The translations under genes were made by a program, and so were the position numbers. A DNA stretch of 64,000 nucleotides from Vicugna vicugna (Eukaryota). Below, in pieces: positions 1-13,937 of this stretch. Numbering within the stretch: the stretch's first letter is position 1; every line of letters starts with the position of its first letter. The stretch lies in contig MU058531.1 in assembly GCA_013265495.1 (NCBI GenBank), forward strand, positions 1,922,911-1,986,910, in the 5' to 3' direction. The notes under the pieces were generated by a model. The model did no database searches. It had not been told where the DNA came from and was given only the letters and a program-made list of their open reading frames with translations.

Positions 1-3000
1 GTCATGAAACCCTACCAGGCCAGGGGCACTGGGCCCAGGCATCTACTGATGCCTTATTTTAATCATGGGATTAATTAATTAGGGAGTCATGGATTCCTCA
101 TAAGTTATTTTTTCGTGGAGCATTTTTTCCTTTTTTGGTGCTAAACCACCAAATTTTGACATTTCTTGATAGAAATCTTCCTAAAATATACTATTTATTC
201 TTCCCCCTCTTAAGCAAGGGGTCCTTTATAGTAACTCAGGGGATACAATGAGGTGGACAGGTTTTACTTTTTCTGTCACCTCCTTCAAAATCTGTCGGCC
301 TGCTACCACTTCTGTTAACACCTTTCAAGGACCCTTTATAATTTTGCAACTTCCAATCATTTTTAATTGGCTTGAAAGGCTAGACAATCACTTTTGCTAA
401 GACTAATGTATTAAACAAGACTCTGAATGAAGCCAAAAAAAACTAAAGGATGTGACTTCTGGAGTCCCTTGTGCTGTTAGAGGCCTTTCCTGACAATTTC
501 CAGAGGGCTGCCTTCCAGGGCGAGTGGTGCTATTACTGTAAAGCCACTTCCAGCACCTGTGTGCAAGGGCTGATCCAGAGAGTAGACAAGACATACACCA
601 AGACTCAAAATGATCCACAAACACATATGTGCAAGGTGGCTCCCACAACCTCTCAAAGGGCAACAGTCAAGCAGTACCTCTGGCAATTTATATCAACAAA
701 GAGAAGTAGCTGCATGAAGGACACTGGTAGTCAGGTGGTCTGACGCCCAAGAAGAGTGATTATTCCAGCTCAAATGGATTAATTCATTTGATGACTATTT
801 ATGGAGTGTCTATTCCTTACAAGCTACCATATTAAAAACTGAAACACAATGGAGAACAAGACAGTTCTCTCCTAAAATAATTTATCTGAGAATTTCTTAA
901 AGGCATTCCAACCATTTATAGTTTTTGCCATATCCTCATGCCATCTGTATTTACTATTACTTGCTGTTTTACTTGACTATTCAGATTAATTCTGTTTTTC
1001 CCAACACAGAGATATATACCTACTAAAATAAAAACAGGTTTCTCTGTTAACCACCGAAATCACCTGAAATATCATTAACCTATGGCACTTTGGAGACATC
1101 AACCTACTGGGATCACATTACTGATCTACAACTACCATTAAAGTCCAAATACTGGGGCCCTATGAGGAGCCAATCAGATCACCAAGCTGACCCTCTGCTT
1201 CAAAGAGATTTTCAGGCACAGGAGATGAAAACTTCCTACAAGAAACACTTGAATTCATATGGTACACTGGGAGATGACCATGCCCAAGGATGCTGAAGAG
1301 TATGTGTAACTTATTGATGAGAGGTGACTATTAAGGGTTAGGAAGCCTGTGGAATGCTGGGTAAGTGGCTATAAGAAGATGGATAAAGGGAATAATACAT
1401 GTAGAATGATACAGACAAAGGAAAAAACCCATATATTAATAAACTTATCTCAATACTGACATTGTTTTGTCTCTAACAAGTTAGGGAAAATGCTTTGGTC
1501 GGCAGTCATTCTGATATCAGCCAACAAAATGACCTCCCAAAGTAAATAAAGCAATGACAAACAGCTCTTGGTGGCAGAGAGGTGATACCAAAGAGACCAT
1601 AAACTATTCACAGGTCCAGAATTCTCTCTCCTTGGACCTGAAAGGTTGTAGTAATGAGGAAGGAGGCATTAGCCAAGGTCAGGCTCAGTCTGAGTGATGC
1701 ACTAAAGGTCATATAACGAACAGCTAAAGGCTGGTCGCTGCTGTAGTCTCTTTTGGTGACAAGAAAAAACAAATTAGATCTGTCAGGTACCCAGCCACCC
1801 CAAGGCAGGGAAGGCATGTTTACACGTGGCTGGGAAGATGAGTACCAGCCTCGATTTCAGATAATGGAGTCAGAGTGGACAAACTGGAGAAGAGGCCAAG
1901 TGAAGAGGTATAATTTAATAAGGATAATTGTCTGGAAAGGCTTGCCCAGAAGTCAGGTAGGCCATTTCTTTTCATCTGGAGCAACATGCTTCCTGGAAAA
2001 GCCATTTTATTTGGCGTACTCAAAGCTTTAAACACAATGTGCCCCAAAGCTTCCTGGCATGTGTCACAGAGTACATCAATCCAGGCCCCAAACCCACAGT
2101 AACCTCATTACCATTCCCACGAAAAAAGCAGTGTCTTTACAGTTGCTAAAGCAAGTCCTCCGCTGGCAGGCTATGCTAAGAATGCTTAAATATAAATTTT
2201 TAGTGTTTCAACTAAGAGCTGGAATCCTGCTGTTTAGAAAGCAGATGACAGATGCCTGGGAAATTAAAGCAGCGATGTGAAAATAGCTTTTCCTTAGTAA
2301 CAAAGTTATCCACACAACCTTCCAAGACATAGCAAATTCGCAGCTATTAATTTTAGAAGAAATCTGGGGTAGATTAAGAAAAACACAGCAGAAATGGTTT
2401 GAATTTGCTTTTCTTTTTACCTTTCAAAGGATGGGACCTACCATTTTTCATATTTTTAAGTAGGGGAAGAAAGGTTTTAAAATCACCCTCGTGCCTTTCC
2501 CACAGTTCAGAACGCACTTATGTGTGCTAATGTTGACACCTGTGCCATGGGTGTACACAGCACGGAGAGATGTGTGAGTGCTCGGTTTGACCTTAAGATA
2601 CACTTTTTCATGAAACAAAGAAGGCCCAGCTGACAGACTCCCGCATAATCCACACATTCACTCTACTCTGCTTGGGAGGGGGCTGGAGGCGAGGATACCA
2701 ATGCTCCTAGCAGAGGAGTATGTCATGTGGAGAACAAAGGGTAAGAAAATCATGGGCAATCTGTGAAATGCACAACTGCCACCACCACCTCCTAGGATGC
2801 AGAAATGAGGAGTACCCTGGCTTCATCCATTAACTAGTGCATCATAACCGTGTAGGCCTCAGTTTCCCCAGCTATGTGAGAGGTTTGGACCAGTTCTCCC
2901 AAGTAAGAATAACCACTCACCAAGAAATTGCTAACTGACCGATACCCCTGACTTCTGGGGTCAAAGAATGTGACTGTCCTGCTGAGATAACTACTCTAAA

Positions 3001-4165
3001 AAATAGTGGTGTCTTTTTCCCACTAATATTCTCATAAACAGCCTCTATACTCAAATATCAGCTGGAAAAAAGAACATTTAATCACTTTTAAGAGTTTTCA
3101 TTTAAAAAATTATCACAATTCTGCAGGAGAAGACATAAAAAGAGAGCAAGGACATCAGAGACCAGGCGTCAGGATCAGGAAGGAGAGACAAGACAAAAAG
3201 GTGCCATGCCGTTCGGGGAAAAGGAATATCTTCCTCTCTTTCTTTAGATGACCCAAACTCCATTTAAAAAACTATTTCTAGTCAAAGGCTCTGAGACTCC
3301 CAGTGCTTCACAAAAAGCCTATGTAGGATTAGTTCAGGCGATCTTTGAACTCACTTCTGGGTATTGCTTCCTCTCAAAGGATCAAATCAAACATAGCTAC
3401 ACCTACAGCTGGGAAACCTTCAAGCCAGATCAAGGCAAGGGCCAGTAATAGCAGCAAAATAAAGGCTAGGCTGTGGGAGTCCCACTCTGAGGCTAGGAGC
3501 AGTAGTCTGGGAACAGGTCAGCAGGTCCCTCACTTCTTCTGCTGTTGAGTCATCTTATATATTCCAGCTGTAGCCAGGGACACAGCGTAGTACTATCGGC
3601 ACTTCTGTTAGTATGGGTCATATTAATCGTCATGCAGGCTATAAATACAAAGCCTCTGCTAATCTTTAGCTAAAATTCGGGCCCCATGTGTTTCTAAAGA
3701 AGAGAGAATAAAAGATTAAACATGTGAAGTACTTCAAGTGCTTGTGAAGAAAGGTGCAATGGATATCATCTCATTAAACAGAAAATGGGTTATTGTTTAA
3801 AGTTTGCTATTCAAAGCAAATATTATGTGCTATGGCTTAACTATTACAATGCTCCTTAGATAAAAGGATCAGAAAGCCCCAAATTAACTAACCGAAAGTC
3901 AGACTCTCTGGTCCTCTACACTAAGCTAAAGCAGCGTCAAGGGAACATTATTTGGCAATAGTATATTTATTTCAAAACTATTTTCCCTTTTACATAGAGA
4001 TGGATGTGTTAGGAAGATACAAAAGATAATCTCAAGTAATCAAAAGATGAAGAACTGTAAATACTAAAGGGAATATCAATCACACTTTCAAAGCCCTCCC
4101 CACCATCATGAATAGGCAGCTGCTGTTTCCCTGCCCCAACCCTTTGTGGATAGAAAGTGTACGTT

Positions 4166-4719
4166 CAGAAATCCCACTTCTGGGTATTCAAAAGAACTGA
4201 AATCAGGATCTTGAAGAGATATTTGCACTACAATGCGCACTGCAGCATTACCCACAATAACCAAGGTGTGGAACCAACTTAAAGGCCCAGGGACAGCTGA
4301 ATGGACAAAGAAAATGTAGTCTATACATAAAACAGTATATTATTCAGCATTAACAAGGAATGAAATTTTGTCACATGTGACAAATGGATGAACTTTAAGG
4401 ACATTATGCTAAATGAAATAAGCCAGTCACAAAAGGGCAAATATTGCCTGATTCCATTCATATGAGATATCTAAAGTAGTCAGACTCACAGAAAGCAGAA
4501 ACAGAATGGTGACTGCCAGGGGTCTGGGGCAGGGGGAGTGGGGAGCTGCTGTTTAAAGAGTCCACCTGCTGTTCCGGTACCCAGGACGAAAGAGTCCTGG
4601 AGACTTGCCATACAACACTGTGCTTAGAGGAAATGATACTGTACTAGTCACTGAAAAACGTTAAGAGGGTAGATCTCATGTATCTTTTCACCAAAATAAT
4701 AAAAAATAATTAAAAGAAA
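4166..4719 (+). mobile_element. L1 3' fragment (ORF2 end and 3' UTR; old L1MA-like)
   Basis: Typical L1 motifs aatcccacttctgggtat, gaatggacaaagaaaatgt and aggacattatgctaaatgaaataagccagtcacaaaa; A-rich end; weak TSD agaaagtgtacg / agaaactatacg. Confidence 0.85.
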
Positions 4720-4837
4720 AGAAACTATACGGTGGGTGGGACACATTTGGAAAAAGGGCTGAGGAAGGCAAAAACAATCAACTGCTTATTAAAATTTTGA
4801 ATATGAGCATAAAAGAAGAAATGAAGCTGAAAACACT

Positions 4838-5050
4838 CATTTCCCAACCGGGTTCCCTAGAACATTATTCCCAAGACATGGTACATTTCAGAAAAGTTCC
4901 ATGATCAAAAAGCTTGTGAAACACTGCATACTGTCTCCTTCTTGGATGTTCACAACGAAGAGAAATATATAAAAGATTCCAAGAAACCCTAGAATAAACC
5001 AGTCTATTTAACTGGTTTTAAGAAAGCATTTCCAAACTCATTTGACTCAG
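4838..5050. mobile_element. MER103C-like hAT-Charlie relic, interrupted; remainder at about 5706-5745
   Basis: Segments ttcccaa..gttccctagaaca..gttccatgatcaaaaagcttgtgaaacactgcatac..agcatttccaaactcatttgac resemble the recalled MER103C consensus. Confidence 0.6.
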
Positions 5051-5695
5051 AAGAAGTTGGGGGTGTTTTTTGTAAAATAAATAGTAAAATCCCAAGGAAG
5101 GACTTATTGCATAGCACAGGAAACTATACTCAATTTCTTGTAATAACATATAGTGGAAAAGAATCTGAAAAGAAAAAAATACATATATATGTCACTTTGC
5201 TGTACACCTGAAACTAACACTGTAAATCAACTACACTTCAATAAAAAATAACATTTTAAAAAAAGGATGTATTTGTATATCAAGTCACCATGAGGTACAC
5301 TTTAAATACCTTAACAATTTCGTATGTCATTTATACCTCAGTAAAGCTGAAGAAAATCATTTAACCAACAACTTTTTTTAAAGACAGTACTTATTTTGGA
5401 ATAAAGGCTTGGGTACAATCTTAAAAAAAAAAAAGTATAGCAGAACTGGTTTTAAGAAAGCATTTCCAAACTCATTTGACTCAGAAGAAGTTGGGGGTGT
5501 TTTTTGTAAAACAAATAGTAAAATCCCAAGGAAGGACTTATTGCATAGCACAGGAAACTATACTCAATTTCTTGTAATAACATATAGTGGAAAAGAATCT
5601 GAAAAGAAAAAAATACATATATATGTATATATATAACTGAATCGCCTTGCTGTACACCTGAAACTAACACTGTAAGTCAACTACACTTCAATAAA
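5010..5695 (+). repeat. Local direct duplication: 5010-5245 and 5444-5695, each carrying a short artiodactyl-type L1 3' end
   Basis: Direct alignment shows 4 substitutions and one 16-bp indel (atatatataactgaat). The L1 tail (aaggacttattgcatagcacagg...ctacacttcaataaa) starts near 5098 and 5532. Confidence 0.95.
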
Positions 5696-8428
5696 TAAAA
5701 AACTCCAAGGGATTCATGTTTTACAGAGAACAATTTAGGAAATGATAATTTAAGGGAACTAATTTTAGGGACAGATTCCTGAGCAGGGCAGACCTGCCTG
5801 CTGAGAGCTCCTCCTCTTGTTTCAAAAACTCAAATAACCAACTTTACCCCTCTTTTGCCCGGAATACTTATCTCTTTTTATCACATGAAATGCCAATTAG
5901 ATTGTCAAACAAACGTCTTCCAGAATAGCTCAAATATTAGTCATTTATGATTTGTGATTTCATGTAAATCAATGTGAATTTTTGTATATCGACACTCTTA
6001 CATCGACAGAGGGCTTTACAGTTTTCAAAAGCACCTTAACACAAAATAACCTAAATATACAATAGTGGAGTATACAAATGGTATCATCACCATTTCAGAT
6101 AATATAATTTATTCATTAAAATCAGGGTTTTAAAAGAAAAAAAAAAGCACTTTAACATACATACACACATGTCCTTCCTTCAAGCTACACAGTAAGTAGG
6201 TACAGTTAAGACTAAACCCTAGACTGGCTCATTCTAGTCTAGTATCCTTTCTACTAGTGAAGAGACCGCTACGGGCTGAGTTGGCAAACTTTTCCCAACG
6301 TCTACTGCATGATGCATTTCAGGTTATAAACATCTGACTTATAAACGCTGAGGCGACAATGTGCCCAAGCTGTGCTAAACAATAGTTGCGAGGGGGACCC
6401 CTGAGATTTTTATAAAGAAATTGTTCACATCAATTAAATCATATGTTTCGTTAGATTAAGGGAGAGTCAACTAAATTCCACACTTACAAATTTTCTCAGG
6501 ACCACAGAGAGTAGACAAAAGGGCAGAAAGATGGCCATGTAAAAAGATTAACCATTTTCTAATGATCTCACTTTTCTACAAAAATCTTTCCTATGTAAGT
6601 GACCTAGACTTGAGTTATAAAGAAAACTGGATTTAGCAGAGCCTCCACATCTTAAGTGTTCATTTGGCATCACTTCTAAAAATACCATGAAAACAGACAG
6701 AATGAGCACAGGTGCCCTCTTCTGCCCTTGTTGTACTTAAATACTTTAAACTGTTCCAGTTTTTCACAGAAACACTGTTCAAAGGAATATGAGCAAAACT
6801 GAATCCGAACTTTTTACTCAATTTCAGGTTCAAAGTCTTTTTCTTATCAGAAAAAAAAATACTGGTAAACACACCTCTTTCTAGACTAACGAGAAAAAAA
6901 CCTTCAATCCTTTAAACAGAAAATGCATCCAGGTGTTTACATCTAGAAAAGGAACCTACGAGTCTCTATATATGTGTCTTGATTAACATCCAACCAGCAA
7001 TGTTAGATTGGCACGTAGGTTAATTTTTCTTTTTTCTTTTTCTAAGTGTCAGCTTCAACTATGTGTTTATTCTTATACTAAAGATTCTTAGTGGAACTGA
7101 GTAGGCACTTTAAAAGGAAAAAAAGAAAAAGAGTCAACCGTTAGCCCTGGACACATGGCCAGGCAACAACAGCACAGCTGAAATAGGCCAGGTCCAGCAA
7201 AAGTACAAGTCAACATCCGTACAGTCCAGCATCTGTCCAGAGCACCTCCTCTGCCATAGTTTATCTGTGGAATAAACTCTAAGATAGTTAGGCTAGTGTT
7301 CTTACTACTATAGGACAATAAAATCAATAAAGTTTTCAAGCCTCTAAAAGGTTAAGTAACTTGCCCAACGTCACATCATGACTGGGAGAAGAGCTAGGGG
7401 TATAAACTCAGCTCCTTCAAGTCCCAAGCCAGGACACTTTTCCACAACAGTGGTGGTGAGGACAGGAGTGGGGGGGGGGTGCACTACCCCCACTTAGATG
7501 CATGAACACCCACCCCATTAGTGTTCCAGGAAGCCTCTGTTACCCATGAGAGGGTGCACCAAGGCAGAAGAAACACTGAGAACCCTGTGCAGGGTATCAT
7601 ACAGCCTTGATACTGTTATCATAGGGACAAATAGCTAATTGGCCAATAATCGGTGAACATTAGTCATAAAATATGCATAAATGTAAGCCTTAAAGGATTT
7701 ATTTCAAGATGTTAATGATTTCTCCTTTGAAGTAAAAACTGAGGCATGAATTGCATTTAATTTATAATAACATTCAAATAACATTTATGACACCAAAAAT
7801 GTCAAACCGCTTCACTAAACGTTATAATCCAGTGGAGCTGCATTGACTCACACTGGCTTGAAAAGGGGTTTACATGAAGACAACATAAAAATGAAAAGCA
7901 AAAGCAGAACAATCGCAAGAAAAAAACCCAAAACAAAATAATTCAAATTCATTTTGTTAATATTCAAAATGACCTACGGTCATACTAGCAAATAACAAAC
8001 TCCATATGTGCCCCGCTCTGTGCAGTATATAACGTTCACCTGAAAAGCTATGTGGACTATGGAAATGTGTATAAAACTAACTAAGGGATCTATAATCTAA
8101 CTCAGGGGCTCCTACCTAGGTCTGTGGGAAAAGAACTTGATAGAAGAAGTGGGTCTGAAGAAACATTAGACCCCAGATGAGCAGCAAGGTTCAGGGAGGG
8201 AGTCCCATGAGCGGAGGCAGCTCTGCCCTTAACTAACAGATGTCTTGAGGGTCTGCAACCTCTCCTAGATTCTGCTCTGTTGCAAATAAAGGGGGGTGGA
8301 CAAGGGCATGCCTAGCTTAATGTATAAAAGTGTCAAAGAATACTTTTTGATATGCTAAACAGTGAAACCTAAATTTTTTTATTACTCAAGTGAATGCTTT
8401 ACCTAAGTTAAAAAAAAAAGGCTGTTCA

Positions 8429-8447
8429 GAGCGCCCTCTGGTGGACA
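8429..8447 (-). promoter_or_regulatory. CTCF consensus motif
   Basis: Reverse complement TGTCCACCAGAGGGCGCTC closely matches the CTCF core CCACCAGRGGGCGC. Confidence 0.7.
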
Positions 8448-8494
8448 GCTGGATATAAAGGTATCTAAGGCTTCCTTTCTGGAAGCTCTCAATC

Positions 8495-9140
8495 AGCATT
8501 CATTCAACAACTCACTTACTCATTCACTCACTCATTCAGATATAATTAATTAATGTGTGTTCACTGTGTGTCAGTTACTGAGTATACAGTGGCTAACATG
8601 AGAGATACGCAGCCACTCTCCTCATCTATTGTATAGTCTCGCAGCATACATGGACATTAAACAAATCATCACCTCAGTGTAGAGGTACTGAATGTCACCA
8701 AGGAACAGTGGATGGTGCAACGACAATGATCCATGGGGGAGATGTAAGCTCCGCTGAAGAAAGGATTCCTAAAAATATCACAATTAAGCTGAGACCTGAA
8801 GGAAGAGTGAGTTCTAGGCAGGCAGGGGAAACAATATCCATGATGACTCTGGGAAACAGAAAGACCAGCCGTGACCGGCTCAACAGGGAGGAAATGAGAA
8901 CTCAGGCAGAGGTAGTTGTAGCATGTGAAGGGTCACGTAGGCAGTGTTAATTAAGGACTTGACCTTGAACCTAAATGCAGTAGAACATAATCAAAAGGTT
9001 TAAAGGAAGGGAAGATAAGATTCAAATTATGATTTCAAAAGACTAGTTTTTTACGTAAAGAAGGAATTGGAGAGTGGCTAGAATTGAACGGGGGAGACCA
9101 ACGGGAAAGCTACTCTAGATGTCCAGGTGAGAGATGGGAG
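8495..9140 (-). mobile_element. L2 LINE 3' region
   Basis: cattcattcaacaa terminal microsatellite, then tacagtggctaacatgagagata..aagctgagacctgaagga..gtccaggtgagagatg. Confidence 0.75.
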
Positions 9141-9667
9141 TGACTCACTCCAGTATCATCGTCAGCCTTCGTGGGTGCTTCTAGTCCTTGCTCTCCCATA
9201 TGCCATCCTAACTATTCTAAATGCCGAGTGCCACCCAGGTGCCAAAGACTCCCATTCAGGCCTCTGGGCACAGGTGGCAGACTCAGGATCACGGCAGCTC
9301 TGTAAGGAACTACCATTAGAAGCCTCTTCTATCTCTGCTGGTCCTCCCACTGCTATACATACCATGGCAAAAAGCTTGCTGAGGTGTAGAGTCATCAGCC
9401 CACTCCAACAAGTCACATATTCCTGGGGGAGCCTAATAACAGCTAGAATGGGAGTCAGAAGTTTGCCCCAGCAGTCTGAGCTACCTTGTTCCTGTGACTT
9501 CAGAGAGCACAGGTTAAATAAACAGGATCCCCTCCCTGTAATGAGCTGAGTAAAATTATGCAGAATAAATACAGTATCCCCTCAACTCCCTGTTCTCACT
9601 GGGGTTATGACACAATTGATCCTTTTATTGCAGACTTGAAGGCTGCACATTAAAATACCTCTTCCTG

Positions 9668-9800
9668 GGGAGGAAGGTAGAGCTCAAGTGGTAGCGCATG
9701 TGCTTAGCACGTACGAGGTCCTGGGTTCAATCCCTCGTACCTCCATTAAAAATAAAGAAATAAATCTAATTACCCCCCCCCAAATTCTTAAAAACCCCAC
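9668..9800 (+). mobile_element. tRNA-derived SINE, camelid Vic-1-like
   Basis: A box (agagctcaagtggtag), B box (gggttcaatccc) and A-rich tail. 16-bp TSD aaaa(t/g)acctcttcctg at 9652-9667 and 9801-9816. Confidence 0.9.
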
Positions 9801-9816
9801 AAAAGACCTCTTCCTG

Positions 9817-9935
9817 TGTTCTAAAACTGACTGTGGTGATGGCTGCACAACTATGCAAATACACTAAAAACTGAGCTGGATACTTTAAATTGGTGATTTT
9901 GCATGATCGTGAATTATACCTCAATAAAGCTGCTA
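9817..9935 (+). mobile_element. Old L1M 3' terminal fragment
   Basis: tgttctaaaactgactgtggtgatggctgcacaact...gaattatacctcaataaagctg. Confidence 0.75.
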
Positions 9936-10849
9936 CCAAAACAAAAATAAAAAGCCCACCTCCTCCTTAAAGATGATGACATTATGGGTGAGTAAAACGA
10001 CAGCAGAGATGAAACCCAAAGCCACAGGATTGACTGTTTCTATAACTATTGCATATTGACATATTTTATATGCATAGGCAAGCCAAAAGTCTCTAGGACA
10101 GTGAGAAGATATCAAACCTATAAAGGCTATATTTTCCCCATAAACCACTCCTTCTAAGAGCTTAGCTAAAGAGCAGCAATACTAAACATACAAACTTTCA
10201 AACAAGATGTCTTTTTTGAAAAAAGTTCGTTGGACTCAAAAGAGGTCAAGGAAATATACCAATCAGATCAAATATACCAAGAACCAGGTATACCAAGTTT
10301 ACCTAGGAAAAGTGCAACCTTGAGACTACACCTCAAAAGGTCCTAGAACTTCCTTGATTCCAGGCATTGCTGCTCTGCAGGGGGCCCTCTCCCTCTCTCC
10401 ACAGCAGGCAGACCAAGGGGCAAGGGCTGCAAACAGGAAGCAAGTGGCCTGTCCAATGCTATCTATAGTTGTTCCTTTTTTTGTTTTTTTAATCTGCTGG
10501 TTCCACTGAATCTGCATGTATAATGATACAGACAGCAAAGGAGAGTCCTTTGACCAGAAAGGTAAAAAAATGTTGAAGCTATTCAAAATGGTCAAGGCCT
10601 TGGTCTAAAAGCAACTCTAGGCTAACATCAGAATGAAGCAGAAAAAGACTGCAGCGTCTTGGAATTTGCAACAGCAAGGAGAAGGGATCGGCGGGCACAG
10701 GCAGACATCTGCTCCTGACTGTCAAAGTTTCAAAACCTTAGCTATAAGACTAAAAACCTGGAAGACTTATTCAGCAGGGAAGGGTGTGCCCAATGATAAA
10801 AATTATCCACAGACAACCAAGAACAGAGCCCCTGAAAAAGAAAAAGGGC

Positions 10850-11180
10850 ATTACCTAAGGAAATACTCCTGTGCATCTATCTAATGGGAGCTCTCTGGAA
10901 AGCTCCAACTTCAGCTTTAGAAGAGAGACACGTAAGCATAAAAGCGGAATGAACCTAAAAAAGCATCTACAACCAAGGGTGCTGTTAACAGAGACTCAAA
11001 ATGCCAGTGACAGCAAAATAAGGTACTGTTGGCTATGCTCAAAGCAAGAAGAAAACAAGAAGGGAGTATAATATTCACCCGTGAAAAAGGAGCCCAACTC
11101 AAGATGCAAGCTGGTTTCCATCTCCCATTACAAACAGAATGGTCTCCACGTTGGTCAAGGCAACTAAAGAGCATGAAGAT
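10850..11180 (+). mobile_element. CR1/L3 LINE ORF2 relic
   Basis: aaaatgccagtgacagcaaaataaggtactgttggctatgctcaaagcaagaagaaaacaagaaggg resembles the recalled L3 segment aaaatgctaaggacaacaaaaagggc..gctatgttcggagcaagaggaagaacaagg. Confidence 0.5.
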
Positions 11181-13937
11181 GGAGCTGGGGGACAGGGCGA
11201 GAGTCCCCCACTGTCAGCAGTCTCAGGTTCTCCCATTTAGGTGACCCCTACCCCGGGGCACTGAAGGAGCTGACAGGTCCCTTTCTGACACCATGTGGAT
11301 GGAGGTGGCATTCTCTTGACCACAGCAACAGTCCCATGATACATGCGTCCTGTGAGTCACATTGTATAAACTGCTTTCTTCTTTGCTATCTCTTCTGGGC
11401 TTCTCAACCATCTTGTGGGATACACAAAGCTATTACTACTGCCCCCATGACACACTGAAACTCAGAATTTAAGTGACCTGTTCAAAGTCACATAGCCCCC
11501 TGGGAACAGGATCAGATCTCGACCATCTGACTCTGGCCCAGGGCTCTTTTCACTAACCAGTGTACCTTTTGAGCACAGCACCCGATAAAATACAAGCTAC
11601 ATAATATTAACATCACTATCAAGTGCATTCGCAGCAAGATGAGGACCGTTAACCAGCAAGTGCCAGTTAAACATCTATCCAACTGTCATACAACTCTGGC
11701 TGTTCAATCCTCAAATCCCATTTAATCTTCAGACCATCCCTACAAGGGAGTTACAGACGACGATCCAAGGCTCCTGGCATTAGGTAACTTCCGTGGGGTC
11801 ACCAGTGATAGGTGCAACAGAGGTTTAAATGTACTGGAATCTGCTCTGGCTCCAAACTCCATGGTCCTTCCACGACAACCAGCTGCTACGCTAAATGTTC
11901 ATCAAGGACCACTGTAAGCTGTGGAGGGTGGTCAACCTAAACACAGTAAGCAGAAAACAGTCTATGGCTTTCCTGAGAACTGAGAAGCTTGACATGCCAA
12001 ATACACTTTTACAGCATGGCCCATAACCATGCCAACAAAAGAAAAGCCACTTCTCTCTTTTTCACCTGGTCTAAGTCTTGTGGGAAGAAATGCCGAGGGC
12101 CTGAGTATAGCAGGGGTGAGAGGAGAGGTAGGTCGTAAAGCAAGTAGCGCCTGAATTAACTGGGATTCTTAAAGGGGCCCAAAGATTACCATAATCCCTG
12201 GGGCAAGTGTACTTCCTTCTACTAAGGAACAGGCGGGGAGGTTGTTACGGTGGGGGCAAAGGAAAGACCCAAGCATGGGGATGTGGAACCTTCTTTTATC
12301 ATCTCCAGGACCTACCTCTGGTGTGGATTCAAACAAGGGAACAAAGAAAGCCCCCTCCAGCAGATACAAACACAAGGCTCTTCAGGTTAAGGTTATTGCC
12401 TGGGATCACCAGCGATGGGGCAATGGCAGTCTACATGTAAGGGAATCTGGGGCTTCAGACTCACAAAGGTCTAAGCACAAGCAGGTGTCCCAGCACCAGC
12501 GGCAGTGGTTAGGAAAACCCTCCGTATGAGCACCGTTTGTCAGTTCAGCGAGGGTTCGTCCAGCATCCACTTCACCTCCACATCAAGCACTGGGAGTGAA
12601 GCAGGGAATGGGACAGACACCCTGCCTAGCTTTATGAGCTTACAGTCCGCAGGGGAATTACTTTTACAAAAGGGGAAGCTCAGGATGCTGTGGGTGCTTG
12701 AAAACTAGGAATGGAATCAAATCCTTATCACCCCTCTGAGTTTCTACTGATTCAAAGAGTATTTCAAAATTCTGTAAAACAATCACTCTATTCATTTTCT
12801 TTACAAAACAAACAACCACTACTTACTTTTAAGGATCCCAGTGATGTAGCAAAGAGATTGTTTATGTTAAGCACTGGCTTTTGTAATTTGATCAAAAATA
12901 TATCTTAATGAAAATATAATCTTGCTGAATATATTAAAAAAAATCCATCACCAGCTGAAACTTTCACCTCCTAAGAAACTTAAGTCTGCCTCACAAAACT
13001 AGTCAAAGTCAACTGCAGAAGGTATAGGTGAAACTCTATAACAGAACATATTTACTACTTTATTGATTCCAGTCCAGTGTATGCCCAAGAACACCCTTTG
13101 CTGGAAGCATTAATGTCCCTGTACAACTGCACAGGAAAACGTTTAAGACTTGATGCTGTTCTCTCATTTGCTCCTTTAATCTATTAATATAGGTCCCAGA
13201 TTACTTCCTACCACCTTCTATTCCCCTAAATTTCCAAACGGTGGCAGAGCTTACATTTAAGGGACTTAAACCTGAGTCTGTCCCCAAAACCAACAGAGAA
13301 CACCAACTCCCTACAACTCCACTGTCCTGTTTAGATAAGAGGTAGCAGATCAAATCGGCATGGCCCTCATGGCCAGGCACGTAACACCGATGAGCAAAGA
13401 GGCAGGCGCTGTATATGCATACTTGGTATGAACAGTAGAACCACAGGGAGGTGGAGAGGGGGCTGGAGGGGACAGCAGCTATTTGGCTCCAATAATTGCT
13501 ATCGTGTATGATTTTGCCATTTTAAGAAGAACCAGAACTTCAAAATTCTATGTGTACTCCTGAATATCAACATTAACTGTTAGTCCCAGTGTGTTTGTTT
13601 TAAGAGTACCACATGGGTCAAAGAGGTCATCAGCTCTCAACCTTCATTAATGCGCTGCTGGCGTCATCTTCTGAACAGCGCTGGTTTGGTATGCTAAACT
13701 CTGCAGGGTTATTTTCATAAGTGTAACATCACCCTGGGGATGGGTGAGGCAGAGGGTTCATTAACGCCTTAAATACCAAGGGTGCTCTCTTTCTCAGGCC
13801 ATCTAGATGGACTCGGGGACTAGTGCCATGTAAGGCAGAGCTGCTCACTTATGACCACAAGGTGCTTTCTCCCCAGGGGCCCACGGAACAGACTTCATTG
13901 CCTTCCCACAGCAGTCACACCCTGAGTAGCTGCTTAC

